From positions 124,001 to 188,000 of the forward strand of contig NW_027272091.1 in the NCBI RefSeq assembly GCF_040938485.1: DNA of 64,000 nt, in the 5' to 3' direction. The DNA comes from Diadema antillarum. Lineage: Eukaryota. A program made the translations under genes and the position numbers. The notes under the pieces were generated by a model. It made no database searches and had not been told where the DNA came from. It was given only the letters and a program-made list of their open reading frames with translations. Positions 1 to 14,752 of this stretch are shown here, in pieces. Each line of letters begins with the position of its first letter. The stretch's first letter is position 1.

Positions 1-1666
1 GTCTTCCTTGACCTCTCTTTGACCTTTGATACCACGGACCACAACATCAGTACTTCACAAATTATCACAATATGGTATCAAAGGAAAAAAACTTGGAGTG
101 GTTCAGGAGTTACCTTACTAATCGAAAACAATTTGTATTTACTAACGGTCACACATCTACTATGCAAAACGTTCATTGTGGTGTTCCTCAAGGCAGCTTT
201 AAATACTCGGTCCTCTTTTCTCTATTCTTCATGTCAATGATATGATATGCCAAATTCTTATGCCAAATTCGTTGTTATTTGTGGATGACACTCATGTGTT
301 TTTATGTGATTCTGATTCTGATCGATTGATTGATATTTTAACATTTTAATGAAATTACTCCAATGGATAAGAGCGAACAAATTATAAATTAATCTAAAAA
401 AAAAAAAACTTGATGCATGTTGTTCAGTAATTCTCTAGAAAATTTATCGAGAAATATTTTCCTGGAAGACACAATCATAGAAGAAGTGTCTTCTATTAAT
501 TTTTAGGCATGATTATGGACAATACACTCACCTGAAATTTACATATTGATTCTGTATGTCGTGTTATATTTCAAGGAATATAGGTGTTATAAACAAAGTT
601 AGATTATATCTTCCAAAAATGCACTTTTTATGTTACACTCTGGCTTGTTACTACATTACTTAAATAATGGGATACTCGCATGGGGAAACACCTTTCTACT
701 TGTATAGAAAGAATATTATTATTACAGAAAAAAACTTCGTATCATTTTGTAACGAACCGTGGAGAAGTACTAATAATTCATTTAACGAAAATAATATATT
801 GAAAATCCATGATTTACACCGTTTACAATTATGACAATTCACGTATAAGCTCACCAACCATTCTCTCCCCTTTGTATATGATTCCATTTTTATCAAAAAC
901 GAACTATTCATGCATATCCAACGCGCCAATCCAATGAACATTATTTGCCTTTGACTAAGAAGGTTTTTGCAAAATCTTTATTCTCCTTTTCTGGACCTAA
1001 ATTCTGAAATTCTCTTGATGATAGCATAAAAGAAGTTTTGATACTTTTTCCTAACAGGTAAAAAAAAACAATTATTTGAAAACTTCTTATGCAACACAGT
1101 AAGTTACTTCTTTTTTACTATTATTTTTAAAAATGTTGTTGCTAATTTTACTACTCCAAGCCCAAGATTCTTGTGCCTCTAGTGCCCTGGTTATGACCCA
1201 CATTTCCTTTCTCCTTTCCCTTTTATTGTCCACCTCGGACTCTTCATAGCCATACCTTCCTCACTAATCTTTCTATCTACTTATCTTTTCTTCCCTTACA
1301 AGAGAGCTGCCTCGTGTGCCTCCTCCTTGTGTGTGCACGTATGTGTTTACTGTGTCTTTTTTTCTATCTCTTACGCAAATTGTCTTTTTGTTTCAATCTG
1401 ATTTTTCCTTTTATTATGAGGGGATTGCATACTACAAGCTCTCCATTTTAGCAGTCCCCTCTAAGAGATTTCCAGCAATTTTGTTCCTGACTTTGCCATA
1501 ATGATATAACATTTATTTGTATATATGTTAATAATTTACCAGTGTCTTTCTTACGTATCATTATGTTCGTCACATCGTTGTACCGATTTCGTGACATTAT
1601 ATGCCAACATTACATTGTACTCCTAATTATTTTGTTGGAAATGAAATAAATCAACTTGAACTTGAA
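1..1666 (+). mobile_element. Decayed CR1/L2-type LINE (RT domain to 3' tail) in an integrin intron
   Basis: Frameshifted RT motifs VFLDLS..FDT.DHNI (1-50), GVPQGS..GPL (about 180-215) and FVDDT. The 3' tail ttgttggaaatgaaataaa..cttgaacttgaa ends at about 1666. Confidence 0.8.
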
Positions 1667-2482
1667 GCTATTCATAAGGACTTGGCGAAATGAGTGTAAA
1701 TTCTCACAAAGAAAAAACGAATAGAAAAACAGAGATTTTGTCTGGTGGTTGGTTATTTGGGCAATATCCTCGATTTCATTTTTATTTTAAGAGGAAATCC
1801 AGTCCAAATATAAGTTAGTCTGACGAAAAACAGTAAAATTACACGAGTTCAACGGTAAAAATTTGACTGAAATCGGATGGAAAATAAGGAAGTTATGAAA
1901 TTTGAAGTTTTGATAATTTCTCCAAAACAGTTCGAGTTCATGGGGTGGGTATGAATATGCAAATGAGTGAGCTAACCATGTCATACCCTCACAAATTTCC
2001 ATTGATCGTGTAAAAAAAATACGAAAATTCAATGTGTCTGTCATTGAAGTCTGACATCTATTCTATATATTAACAGACATGCAGGAAACTTTAAAGGCAG
2101 GAACCAATGGAAATCAGGCCTGCCATCTATACATGACTCCTTTCCGGGCAGCGACACTACCACCAGGCTGTCCCTGGCTGCCGGCAGTGACATGATGAAT
2201 TTTGAACAAAATAATTCCCAGGGTCTGAAATTCTGACATTGTTTTGTCAAATAGTCCAAAGTTGACAAGGCTATTATTACTGGGTTTGTTTTTTTTTCAT
2301 CATTCGTCACGCTCTGTACAAATGCATGTATTTGTAACATCAAGGAGGTACTACCGGCTTGTCTATCATACCTCCTCGACTTGATGGATACATTTGTACA
2401 GAAGGTGACAAGTGATTAAAGATATTGTCAACATAATTGACGTCTATTTATATTTTTTGAGAAAAGTTATGGCAGCACTCAC

Positions 2483-4325
2483 CCATCTGCTGTCAAATCA
2501 ACAAAAGGTGAGACCACCTTATCGACGAACGAGCCGAATCCTATCGTGACGTCATTTGACAGTTCTCTCAACGTGGCACCTTTGGCACAAAAACATCAGC
2601 AACGCCAAGTATTGAAGAATATAATGCCACAATGACACAAGGAAAAGAATCGTTTTCTTATACTTTTGTTGGAATCGTCTAAAATTGATTCTATAATCGT
2701 CATGACACAATAAAGGTATATATGGGATTGTTCGGGTTAGAGATTTTAATTGTCAGAGATTTGCAGAATAGTGGACGTCACCGTGGCAAGGTTTGAGAAA
2801 TGCTGATAATCTTTGTCCTTGATGGTTATCATATTATTATTCATCAAAACGTAAAATCGATAAGAAGATACAAAAGAGCAAAATTAATAGCTTCATAGTA
2901 GATTCAACACCATTCTACACCAGTTCCAAGTAAGAGTTCCACAACGTTCTTATTCTATTGCAACTAATTGACAAATTGCTCTACATCGACGTTCATGATA
3001 TTTACAGTAAATTTACTGTTCAATGATATTACTGTTAGATATTTTCCTATATATAAGGAAATTAGTCAATCAGTTGCAATATCAACAAATGACCCAAGAA
3101 ATACAAGAATAATGAAAATTCATGTTCTATCTTTGATAAAAGCTATTACATTTTGTTTACTTGCTTGAGATCTGATTTGTTCCTCTCTTTTTTTTCTTTA
3201 AGAAAAAAAGTGCTTCACATTTAAGTCGATACTTAACCTGTTCCCGCGTATTTTCACTCTTCTATACTCAGTTGTTATTCCATCCTTTTATGAAAAAAGG
3301 AATGCAGAGATCAATTCAAATTAAATCAAACAAGATCAATCAAACTTGAATATGGTGTAGAATTGTTTTATTCCTCTGTCAAGTCCCATAAACCACACTT
3401 GAATAATGAAAAAAGGAATACCCACATACTTGCAACAGATATACAGAAAGTATAAGGGCGCAATTTCTCACCTATATCATCACTTAGAGTGTTCAGGTTA
3501 GCAAGGTCATCCTGAAATGAAGTGCTGGCATCTACCAGGTAGTAGAAATCCAGCGGGGAAGATTCGGCATGACGTACGGACAGCTCAAGCCTCGCCGTTG
3601 CACCTGCCATAGTTGCAACGACAAGAATATAATATCTTATTAAACGTACACTGTGACGCGTTAACACCTCATATAACTACTAGCATCTTAGCAGCGTTTG
3701 GAGACACTGTGGCTCTATCAAAATCAGTATAGGCCCTACTCTTTTACTTATGCCCAAACGTGCTGTTAGACTTATCACGAGTTCTTAGTACCTAAAGCAA
3801 TCACTTAATACTTGTGCCACGACTAGGTCTCAAGCTCAAAATCATCAATTTACGCATAATAATCATACATAAGGAAAACAACAACATTTACTAAAATGTG
3901 TATGCATAAATACACTTAGAACCAGCTGCTAGGTCCATATAATGTTAAAAGAGTTCGATCTGAACCTTGGGGTTATGAACCTTTAGTGAATACCGAACTT
4001 TGGTAAATAACGAGACATATTTCTTTTTCGGATTGACGAACCTTCGAAATAGCAAACGTGCAACCTATACTCCGAGGTCGTCACCCTTTACGTAAGCACA
4101 ATGCTCATTGCTGATACTCAGTATAGTCTCCTCCAGTTGTACCTCGAAAATTGTGACTCAATTAATGTGTACACGTATACCACCCTAGATGATTGATGAG
4201 TAAGTTTAGTTATCGCTGATTTTGTCATATTATGATAGCTGAATTGTCATCGATCCTTACACTTTTTATGTGTAAAGTGGACAAACAAAACAAACTAAGC
4301 CGAACTGAACTAAACACACACACAC

Positions 4326-4358
<33 letters not shown>

Positions 4359-7300
4359 GCAACCGAACAATATTAATAATTTTTCTTAAATCTGCAATGG
4401 TGAAAATAATGCATGAAACCTATTTTTTTCCTTTCAATGTTCAACACAGTCATTTTAGATTCCCTGGACGAATCCTGACTGACATTTCTAAATTGGGTGC
4501 CTTCAGGCAGAAGCCATACGTCCATGCCATTAAAGGAGACCTCCGGATGATTTTCAGATTTTTACATTTGAACAACTATAAATTAGTTAATTAAATTAGT
4601 TAATGCATGTATGATACCGCAAAATGTTGCTGAGACGAGGGTACCTCAAGCAGATCATAATCATGTTACTATAAGCCTTGATATCGGGGTCGTGCTCTTG
4701 CTCGGACCACTTTCACTTTTCATTTTCGAAAAGTCAAAAGTCAAAAGTAAACCTCTGGAACGTTATGCAAACATTTGTACAAGCGTTATTTCTGTGGTAT
4801 TGATTGTAGGTACAATTTTCAATAGAATCAATAAAAAGGTTGCCTTCGAATATATTACATGAAAATTAAGAAGGCAAGAAAGGTGGGAAAAAACACAAAA
4901 GATGAAGAAAACCTTGATGATGAAGAGCCTATAATTCGTGCAGACGCCGACGAAGACGTGCAACATTAAATTTGACTTTAAGGACGCGTGGAATTTTCGT
5001 ACAATGTTATCATTCGTCAGGCAGGAGGCACGCAGCCAAATGGCAGTCTTAATTGTTATCAGTCCGTTTACGGACTGTTCACCAAAATTTAATCCGTGAA
5101 CAACACCGAAACATCGCCTTCACCTTTCCTCAGCCTCAGATTCACTTCCTGGGGAGTGATCTGCACAAGATCGTCTGGAAAGGGAGAAGACCTGTCCGTT
5201 AAGGGTAGACTCTGAGGGGAGAGAACGCGAAATCTGTCATTCATTAATCTATAGATCATTGCACCAAAGTTCGTGTAAAACTAAATAAATTGATGTACGG
5301 ATGCATACATTAACTGATAAATAATAATCATGTAGATACAATTAGAATCGGTACACTTTTTTAAATCGATAGCTAAATGAATTGACACGCGACGGCATAC
5401 ACATAGGCATAAAAAGGAATTTACATATTGTAAATAAGTCCATTTAAGAATGCAAACGCAATAATTCTTAAGTAAGCAGAGTGATGTAATGAAAATAAGA
5501 ATTGTACGTGACAGTCTCTTAAAAGCAAATGTGACAACTATCAAAATAGATGATTGCCAATGTGTCATACGCAAATAAAAATAAATAAAACTGCAGAAAA
5601 GGATGCTAATTTACGGGTGCTATTGCAAATTGTTCTTTAAAAAATGTAGAAGTGGGCTCTACTATATAAGGTCTTGGTCATATCTTGCTCTAGAGCTTCT
5701 ACATAAAATGAACTCTGACGATGCTATGAAAAGCACAGACCTCAAATCTGCCCTAAAAAAAAAACCCGGGAGTAATACTCGAAGATTTCGCAAAAGAGTC
5801 TCGTTTTATATCGGGCGCCATTGCCCCCTGGACTCAACTGTGTACGAGCACTCACGCCTCTCTGTGGTCATCCCACAGGCTCGACGCCCAAATGAGTCAT
5901 ACGGCCCACAAGCTCGAAATTGAAAAAAAAAAATGTCCGGAAGTCGTACACCCACAAGCTGTATAAGTAAAGCCGTGGTCACAACTCGCCGTACTTGCAA
6001 GTGCGTGCTGTCTACTCGCAAAAACGTGGGCAAAATTTGAGGATCCGTACGTAGTAAGTACCGCCTCAGTTCGGATTTTGGAGCACGCAGACACGCCGTA
6101 GCACTTTTAGGACATGAGGAACTTTCGCTGCGTTCGGGCTACGGATTCACTCTAAGTGCGGGCAACGCACGTGCCCTCTACAGCGAACGTGCGTACAACG
6201 CACTGACTCCGTGCGTCTTTTAACATTTTCCCACCGTCACTTGCTCGACGGACGGCGCACGTAGCTCGTTCGTGTTGAGCACGTAACAAGTGCGCAGCCC
6301 GTGCTTATTCGACACTTCCCTGAGTTCAACTGCTCAATAGAGCACGCAGACCGTACCGAACTTGCCAAATAAGCACCTGCTCCGCACTTAAAACGCAAGT
6401 TGTGCGCAGTGATTTCTGCAATGCTCATCACGAGCCGAGCCGACGGAAGAGTATCATCATTTCGTCTCCAAGATGTCCTGATGTTGGCAATTATATATTC
6501 ATACTGTTTTATTTCACCTACCGGGCAGAAATGCCCTGTAAGGATTATGGGATCGAAAAAATCGCATACACAGAAAAAAATTATTGTTATATCACTAGAA
6601 AGGGCTTTCAAAACTCTTTCGAAGTTATTATATTATATATCAACAATGTATACATAAATAAATACTGTATATACACTTGCATCATATTTTGCGGCATATA
6701 AGACACAGTCAAAAACTCTTTGAAGAAGCAAAGCATAATACATAGAAATCTTGAGCTCTGAGTGGTCAGTACATAAAGTGACCAGGTTATTGGAGTTTTG
6801 AAAAAAAAAATACATTTAAGAGCTGCACAAGCGTGGTTAAAAGGCATTGACCATCATTGTGTATGTAGAACAGTGATAAAATCAGTACCATTCTCTGAAA
6901 TTGAGAATGTGTATATTTTGAAATTAAGCAAGGAAGAAATTTCTATGACAGTATTACCTTATATAGGGCCTTAATTGCAAACGTGACACCTTCCGACTCA
7001 GATAAAACTGCAAAACCATAGGCCTACATTCATTGTTCTAGTAATATGCTGATAAATCTATGCTGATAAATCTAGCTCAAAAATGCCTCCATGGCTGAAA
7101 TGCCACCACCTCTGAAACTGGGTATAAAGATAGTAGACTTCATGACAGCAAATCATATGCATCTCACCCCCAGTGCCAATGTGTTAGGATGTTTCAACCA
7201 AAATAATGTTATACAATGTCACTGTATACCTGATATTCATAGTAGCCTATTAACCTACATCAGGTACACAATGCTATTTTATACGTGATGTAACCTATGT

Positions 7301-10300
7301 CCTATACCTGATACAGTATAGCCTATTAACCCTTTCTCTGTCAGTGAGTCAAATATGCACACATTTCACATATTTCATTTAGTTCATTTATATCAATCTC
7401 ATTTTCTTTCAACAAAATATAAAAACCTATAGACATGAAATGAATATGACACGCAGAAGGTTAAACTACCATTTAACGTATGGAGAAGACGTATGATTAT
7501 ACATCTGAAGAACCTCGGAAGGTGGTCCCATAATTAGGCCTACCCCTAGCATCTGACGGGGAAAAATCATCGCACTTGCACGCACTTACAACATGCGACA
7601 GAGTAAGGATACCGTGCGTGAGCAGCACGTGTAATTACAGCCTCCGCAAGAGAACGTGGCAATCGCACGCAGATTGTAAGTTGTAAGCACGTACAACTCA
7701 CTTACCACGTTCACAACGTACGATGCACGTAACCCCTCATGGCCAGGCGTGGCGTGCGGGCCACGTACTTACACCCTGCGCAACCGTGCGAATGTCGTGC
7801 GTTGACGTTCTTCCTCCCTGCGCTAGTCACTCCCTCCCCACGTTTTTAGAAAAAAACGTGAATGCCGTGGCCTCCGCCAAGAACGTACGGACGAAAAGCA
7901 CGCACGGCGAGTTGTGACCAGGGCTTAAATAAGACTCCTGAGTTCGACACTAGACGAAACGGTCCCACGAGCTCAACACTATACGCAGGGCTCGACACGG
8001 TGGCCCGGTGGCCCGGGACCACCAAAAATGAAATTTTTTGAAATTTTTTGAAATAAAATTTCAAAAAAGGACAATTTGGTGGCCCGCTTCGGGCCACCAA
8101 TTTTTTTTTTTTTTGAAAGTATGTCAATAAATTTGTAACTTTTTGCCCCGGAAATTAGCAGTTAAATTTGTTTAAAGGATGGATAAAAAGGACTAAATGA
8201 ATGCCTGAAAGTGAGTGTTGCGACTTTGTTGAGATTTATTTATGAGTAGATTATGTCCAACTTCCAGTTCTTACTATGATAAGACTTAAATATTTGACTC
8301 ATTAAAAAAACAGGACTTTTAATGTGTTTTATTGTTGTTGTTTTTTCGGGCCACCAAACTTTTCTCTCGGGCCACCAAAACTTTAAAATTGAGGATTTTG
8401 GTGGCCCCATCGGGCCACCAAACTAAAAAGTTAGTGTGGAGCCCTGCTATACGTATAGTAAGCCCTGTGATGTAATAATGATAATAATATGAAATATTTA
8501 TATAGCGCTTAATATAATACGTTTCGAAGCGCTTTACAATAATCAAAACAAACAAACAAACATAAATCAGCTTCGAATACAAATAATCAACTATACATAA
8601 TCATCAGTTCTGTTCTAAAAATAAATGGGTTTTAAATTTCTTTTTGAAACTGCCATTTGAGGTGGAGGACTGAATGTAATGTCAAGCTCGACCTTTTCTT
8701 TTTAGAGTCCAGTCATTGCCAGTTCATGGGCCTTATCTTCCTACTGCCTAGTTCCAGGAATGTATGTGTCGTGGGCCTATAGTAGTTGATATCGAGCTCG
8801 TAATCCTTCTTTACTCAGTGTCTGGCTCGTGGGTTCTATGACTCGTGGGCTGTGTGACTCGTGACTGTCGAGCTCGTGATGAGAACCCACCACCATCTAC
8901 TACAGTACCTTGCGAATTTCCACTCTTGTCGCCTCTGGTCCATGTCCACCACGACAACCGGTCAAACTGAGGTTTTCACTCGTGTCGCAGCGGTGCCCAT
9001 GGAATTCCTTTTTTAATGACAACCAATGAAACAAAGCTATGGAATAAAAGAACAGTCGCTTTTCATGGATAATACAGAGCGAAACTGAATTGAACCACCG
9101 AATGCTGCACAATTTTACCTGCAAAGCGAGACCGTGGTAAACCTTATTTAGACTTTAAGAAGCGCACAATGAAAAATTTCTTCGTAACTATACCAGCATG
9201 CATGGTTATAAAGGGAAGAGTTTTTAAAATCGTAATTATCGTAACTGCTTCGTAATTGTGACCATGCATCACACACAGCCCCATACAGTTTTTGATGATA
9301 TGTAGTCAACTTAAAGAGATGTTCCCAGTCCATCATAACAAATCAAATTTTATTGGAATATTACTTTTCTGCAAGGGAGTTTAAGGTTAATGGTCTATTC
9401 AAATTCAGCATGGGCCATCCTTTATTGCGTGCGAAAAAGGACTTTTGACTACGTGGAAAACGATGTGATTATCAGATGAAACAAAAAAACACTAACGGTC
9501 TTTCTTTTTATCACCAGGTCAAATCGTAAAAACGACTACTTATTGTAGGCCTATTCATACAGTTCTATCATTCATTCATTCATTCATTCATTTTCCATTT
9601 TCCATTTTTTTCCTTTTTTTTTCATTTATATGGAGTTCCCATATTTTTACTCATACATGTACTCACATACTTCATGTTTGGTGAGCAGACAAATTGATAT
9701 AGGGAAAAAACAACTGTCAAAACACTAACCTATGATAAATGCTAAGCTTGTAGTCTTTTATTGTTTATGATTATTTCCAGGCCCACTATAAACTCAACCA
9801 ATGCTACGTTTGGTGTGGTTTTGTGATGCAGGATCACTTAAAAAACACATGAAAAAAAAACCTCAAGGATTGTCAAGAGGTGAAGATGATTTTCCAATGG
9901 CTGCATCATCCCCCATTCTAATGAATTCAACAAACAGATTTCATCTTGACATGCAATCACAATATGCGGGTACTTACAACCCCCTCTCAACCACCTCCAC
10001 TAAGTTATAAATGCTACATTATTACAACTCTATATAATCGTAATATTCATCTCATAATGTCAAGAGATGTGAATGATAGTGTATACAGGTCTAGGAAACT
10101 AGCAATGAGTAAGATACTGACACCATCGCCCCAGATACGGTTGTAGCCAATATCACTGATATTGTGAAAACATGCGCAATTTACAAACTCCTCGATCAGC
10201 GCTCTTATATCTCGTATTTCGATTTCAGTGAAACTTCCATCATTCAGCGCGTTTTGTTTTGTTTTATTTAAATGTAATTACATATTTTCTGTAGATTACC

Positions 10301-12978
10301 CGGCACGTTATCCTAATTTTCCTTTGGATATACGACATAAACCAGACTTCATATCGTCAGTTCTTCCCGTACAAACAGAAATTTCCCATTTTTGTTGCAA
10401 TTGTTTGATCTCTATTTGCATGTTTAAGATTGTAATGTGTGGAACACAAGCCCAAATCTCCATTTGTGGAACACAAATCGTGATTGAACACTTGAAACAT
10501 GAAAATGATATAGATAATTATATACAACTCTGCATACACCCTTAGTGAGACAGTTTACGGAAATTGTGTAGCCTATACTGCGCGTTGTCAGCAGTAGGCT
10601 AAAGCAGGAATTGAATGATGGGATAATAGAATGTATAACGTGGCGGAAACACAAACTTCTCTACTTAAGGTCTTGTGTCCACTTACTGTAGTAGGTAATC
10701 ATATTACCATTTTTTTTTGTCTCCCCATAAGAAGAGAACATCTAAATCGATGTATATATATGGTGTTTCACTTTAGCAGAAGGTGAAATACATTGCCATC
10801 ACTATACTCACATGATCAGTGCACCATACACACTGCAGGTCTGTTTGGATGCATTCTGCGCAAGTTTTAGCCTGCAAACACAGAGTGGTGTTGAATGGCT
10901 GGTCTGTGGTAAGATATATGTAAGCATAAAAGTATGAGATATCTACGAACTAGGAAAGCCAGAACCTTCACAAAGGAAATATAGGGACTCTAAAGTCAAA
11001 TCATAGTACTGTGCTAATGGGCCTATATCATTAAAAGACAAAAACAACAACAATAACAAGATCTTATATCCGGATCATTAAATACTACTGACCTATTAAT
11101 TTCTTTTACTATCCAACGGACTTATTCTGGTCTTGCAACTGATTGACAAATTGCCCTGCATCGACGTAAATTTCATGAATTTGAATTATCCTGGTCTGGT
11201 TTGAATTAAAATGTCAGCAAAATCCATGCACAATTTTTCAAGTATAGTATTACTTATAGTATTAGTAGTATTACTAATAAAGACACACCTCCTTTAGTTC
11301 GTGTGTCTTTAACAATGACACTTACTCTTGAACAGTGCAACTTATACAACTTCTTACTAAATTTTATTGGTCTCTTTACGGATTCACTCTGAATTAAAGT
11401 CAATTGTCAGATTCCAAAATTGTCAGATTAAAGTCAACTGTCAGATTCCAATGTCAATTAGGGTATGTAGGCCCTATATAAATATGTGCACATATTTTAA
11501 TATGCCAATTCTCTTTGATTCTAATTATACGTCATTGTACATAAACAAGCCACTTATTCTTATGTTATTTTGTTCAATTGCAGCAGTTTTAACATGATTC
11601 TCCTTATTGAACTGTGATTGATCGATTTGCCATGTGAGCATATGTCCCATGATATCAAATGTCTATTTTGTATGGTAAACTTAAAGGGGGATATGGTGGT
11701 AGATAAAAAAAATATTGATGTGGAGTAACAGACTTCCGATTTGTGCAGCTAGTTCATTTCCGTTGTATACAGCTAAGGATCAAGAGTTCATTTCTGGGAA
11801 ATTTCCGGGTTACATTTCTGACCTTTGAAGAATTTTAAAAACATAATCATGAGCCCACAAAATGTCAAAGTCTGTGATTGTCATCCAACGATGACGGCAC
11901 TGAAATTTAAACTTTTGAACGAATTGTACGATTTTCCTCAAACTTCACTGTTATATTCTATTGATATTGGAGCATTTGATACTCAATCCATAGTAATGAA
12001 TAACAGATGATAATGTCTGGGGTTACATTCATTTAGTAGATCTCGCCAGAGTACTGAATAGTCAAGATACCGTACACACAAGTAATAACCGGTTTCACGC
12101 ATAGAGCTTGTGAACGATCGCGACCAGAACTTGGACAACACCCCACTCAGTGCTGCCGTCTATAGGTCTCTTAACATACGTTCACACGAGTGTGTTAAAA
12201 ACGAATTGAGTACTATCATATACATTGTAAGGCTCGACACTAACATGTTTCTCCGGTGGCCTGTTCGGGCAACTAAAATCTTCGAATCAAAAATTTTGAT
12301 GGCTGGTAAAAGGAAAGTAGTGGCCCCAAATAAAAGGAAACATAAGATTTCATTTTGAATTTCAGCTGCCCGATCGGGCCATCAAAAGTCAGTTTGTTTT
12401 TGTTTGGTGGCCGGACATCAATTTTTAGTGGCCCCGGGCCACCGAGCCACCACTAATGTCGAGCCGTACATCATGGTATAGGTCTAACCACGCATGGAGG
12501 TGTACCTCCCAGCTCTAGAACTTACTAGTATGTATTCTTAAATACGGGCGGCAGAACGTTTTTAATGTAGAGGTTCTGGCTCGGAGAAAAAAAAAAGCGG
12601 GGGGGGGGAGGAATCAAGGGTGGAGCTCATTTATTCAAGTGTCAGTCCTCTCCCCCGCGCCTCCTTCACTCCCTCAACCCCGCCCTATCCCATCCCCTTT
12701 GAAAGTAATAGAAATCTCAAAAGTCTTTTTTTTTTTTTTTGGGGGGGGGGGGGTTGTACTTTTTTTAGAGCCTTAGGTGTGTATGTCACGTAGTGCCTTC
12801 AGTCGCCCCTGTAAAAGAGCCAGTCCTACTGGAAACTATAGTGCTACAGATACTGTCATGATTTCCCTTTAAATAGTACATTATACTCACCTTGGCCAGA
12901 ACAGCATGAAAGGGTGATAGTAACCAAGAACAACGCACCCGTAGCTATGCGAGTTCTCGCCTCGATTGTCCGAGCCAT
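2483..12978 (-). CDS. ITGB: Integrin beta subunit, 5' partial. Exons (minus): 12978-12891, [candidates 12536-12526 and 11388-11326], 10871-10812, 9007-8909, 5211-5124, 3603-3472, 2579-2483; presumably continues beyond the left edge
   Basis: Hand translation gives signal peptide MARTIEARTRIATGALFLVTITLSCCSGQ; PSI domain AKTCAECIQTDLQCVWCTDH / EFHGHRCDTSENLSLTGC; hybrid domain SLPLTDRSS...VQITPQEVNLRLRKG; beta-I domain LSVRHAESSPLDFYYLVDASTSFQDDL (DxSxS MIDAS plus ADMIDAS DD) and IGFGSFVDKVVSPF. From 10871 onward all junctions are GT-AG and phase-compatible. The subfamily cannot be assigned. Confidence 0.95.
5971..7925. mobile_element. Non-autonomous PIF/Harbinger-like DNA element
   Basis: Terminal inverted repeat agcc(g/c)tggtcacaactcgccgt at both ends, flanked by TAA on both sides (5968-5970 and 7926-7928). 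Confidence 0.7.
7986..8446. mobile_element. hAT-like MITE (cagggctcgacac...gtgtggagccctg); related copy at 12231-12465
   Basis: TIRs, internal ggccaccaa subrepeats and an exact 7-bp flanking direct repeat ctatacg. The related copy has ggctcgaca...tgtcgagcc ends. Confidence 0.7.
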
Positions 12979-13394
12979 GTCACCTGGTATGACAGTGCGT
13001 TATGATTACAGTAGACGTGTAATAGCACGATTGTCCACAAAGAAAGACTGGCATCAGATCACTGTGGCTGAAGTTTTCTACCAAAATGTGGTTGTTCAGT
13101 CGGAAACGCGCCGTTTATTTGACCTACTGCAACATGATACATGCCGAGAAAGGTATACACCTGCTTCTGTTATTACTATTTCTACTCAAGGTGAATTATG
13201 TCTGTGAGGAAGCATGGATAAACCTTGGACAAGGTATATCGCGCGGAAGGGCGGAAATTCGTCGAGCTTCCGATGCTGGTTTATCATGCTTCAGTTTATA
13301 TGCCAGTATGATAGATTGAATCATATCCCATTTTCTTCTTCAAAACAAAAACAATTCAGGAATCCACCTAGTGCAATAAACGGACAAGGAACAA

Positions 13395-13396
<2 letters not shown>

Positions 13397-13441
<45 letters not shown>

Positions 13442-13470
13442 CGCGCACGCACTTACACACACATACACAC
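13397..13470. repeat. (CA)n microsatellite. Others at about 4313, 24365 (GT), 24586, 27497, 42535, 42638, 47263 (GT), 59935 and 61210 (GT); (TA)n at 37493 and 63983; (ATT)n at 18893
   Basis: Directly visible. Confidence 0.95.
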
Positions 13471-13879
13471 ACAATAATTATACAATATTAGATTACAGCG
13501 TAATACCATATAACATAATGATATATTGAATGTGACATGATTATCATATGATATGATTTCATAAATAATCTATGATATTATGATGGAAATGAGATATTAG
13601 ATGATACATATCACACACTCCTAAAGCCAGGTTCAAGGATTAAGGGACGTCTTAGAGGTACACCAAATAGAAATCATGATTTGATTACACTGTACTCTGC
13701 AAATACAGAATAATATTTCTTCAAGATCAGGTCAGTAAGTAATGTCTCTACACTATGATCAGGGCGATATGCTGATTGGTGGTTATCAAAAAAAAAAAAT
13801 CATTCTCCTGCACAAGTAGTCTCGTAGGCGTTAGAAGGAAACATGTTCCGTGACTTTGCTAACAAAAAGCAGGTCTAAA

Positions 13880-14230
13880 TTAAATTGGTCGATTATTGTA
13901 TAACATATTCTTATCTAAAGGAGGTCTCTAGGGTTGTGAATATCACTGCTGTTTTCAATTCGTTTGGCACAACACCTGCTGTAAAACTGGCAGAGGCCGT
14001 CATTGATACACACTTTTTAAACAGATCTACACAAAAAAGGTCGAATACACATGGCTTATTTAGAGACTTCATAATTATATTCTCTCAGTTGCAGTGGCCG
14101 GATAAAATGAGTCTAATAAACATTGAAGTAGTTGCAACTTCAGCTTCAGTTTTAACCTTACAGACGCATGGTGAGGACAAGCGAATATTCGCTCTTATCC
14201 AAGAAAACCTGATAAAACTGGTCAGCCAAT
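13880..14230 (-). mobile_element. CR1/L2 LINE ORF2 fragment
   Basis: Degenerate translation IIMKSLNKPCVFDLF...GVVPNELKTAVI resembles the pre-RT region of CR1/L2 ORF2. Confidence 0.55.
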
Positions 14231-14714
14231 TCTTTGTCTATAACACTTTTTTTTTTCTTTTTGGTTAAAGAAGGTGGTACCATGCTACCATTGCTGTCAT
14301 CACTGCAACGATGAGGGCAGCGTGGCTTGATGGACTGATTGATCCCTTTGAGGTATCAAGGTAGTGGATAGACCCTAAATTAACAAATAACGTTTGTTAC
14401 GTGGTGAATCATAATAGGCTTCCTTGGTGGTATTCTGTGCGTCGGTAGAGCGTTCTAAGGTGACAAGCTCATTCCGGCATAACAATGTGGATTCAACAAT
14501 GTAGATATTAGTGACACACGCTGTGTATAAGTCCGAGGGAATTGACAATCACTGAAAAGTTGGCAAATTTGACTCCTCAAGATGAGGTCACAGCCATGTG
14601 CTGCCCTCTATAGCTGGAGGCTCTGCAACAATTTGTGATTCAACTACAGCCTACAGGATAACAAATTTCTCAACTCAATCAATAAGCGTTTTTAACTATC
14701 ATTTTGCGATAGCG

Positions 14715-14752
<38 letters not shown>

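Noticed and set aside
14717-14749. A33 tract suggesting a retrocopy poly(A) tail
   Set aside because: No recognisable plus-strand retrogene or TSD upstream, and long homopolymers are frequent in this window.
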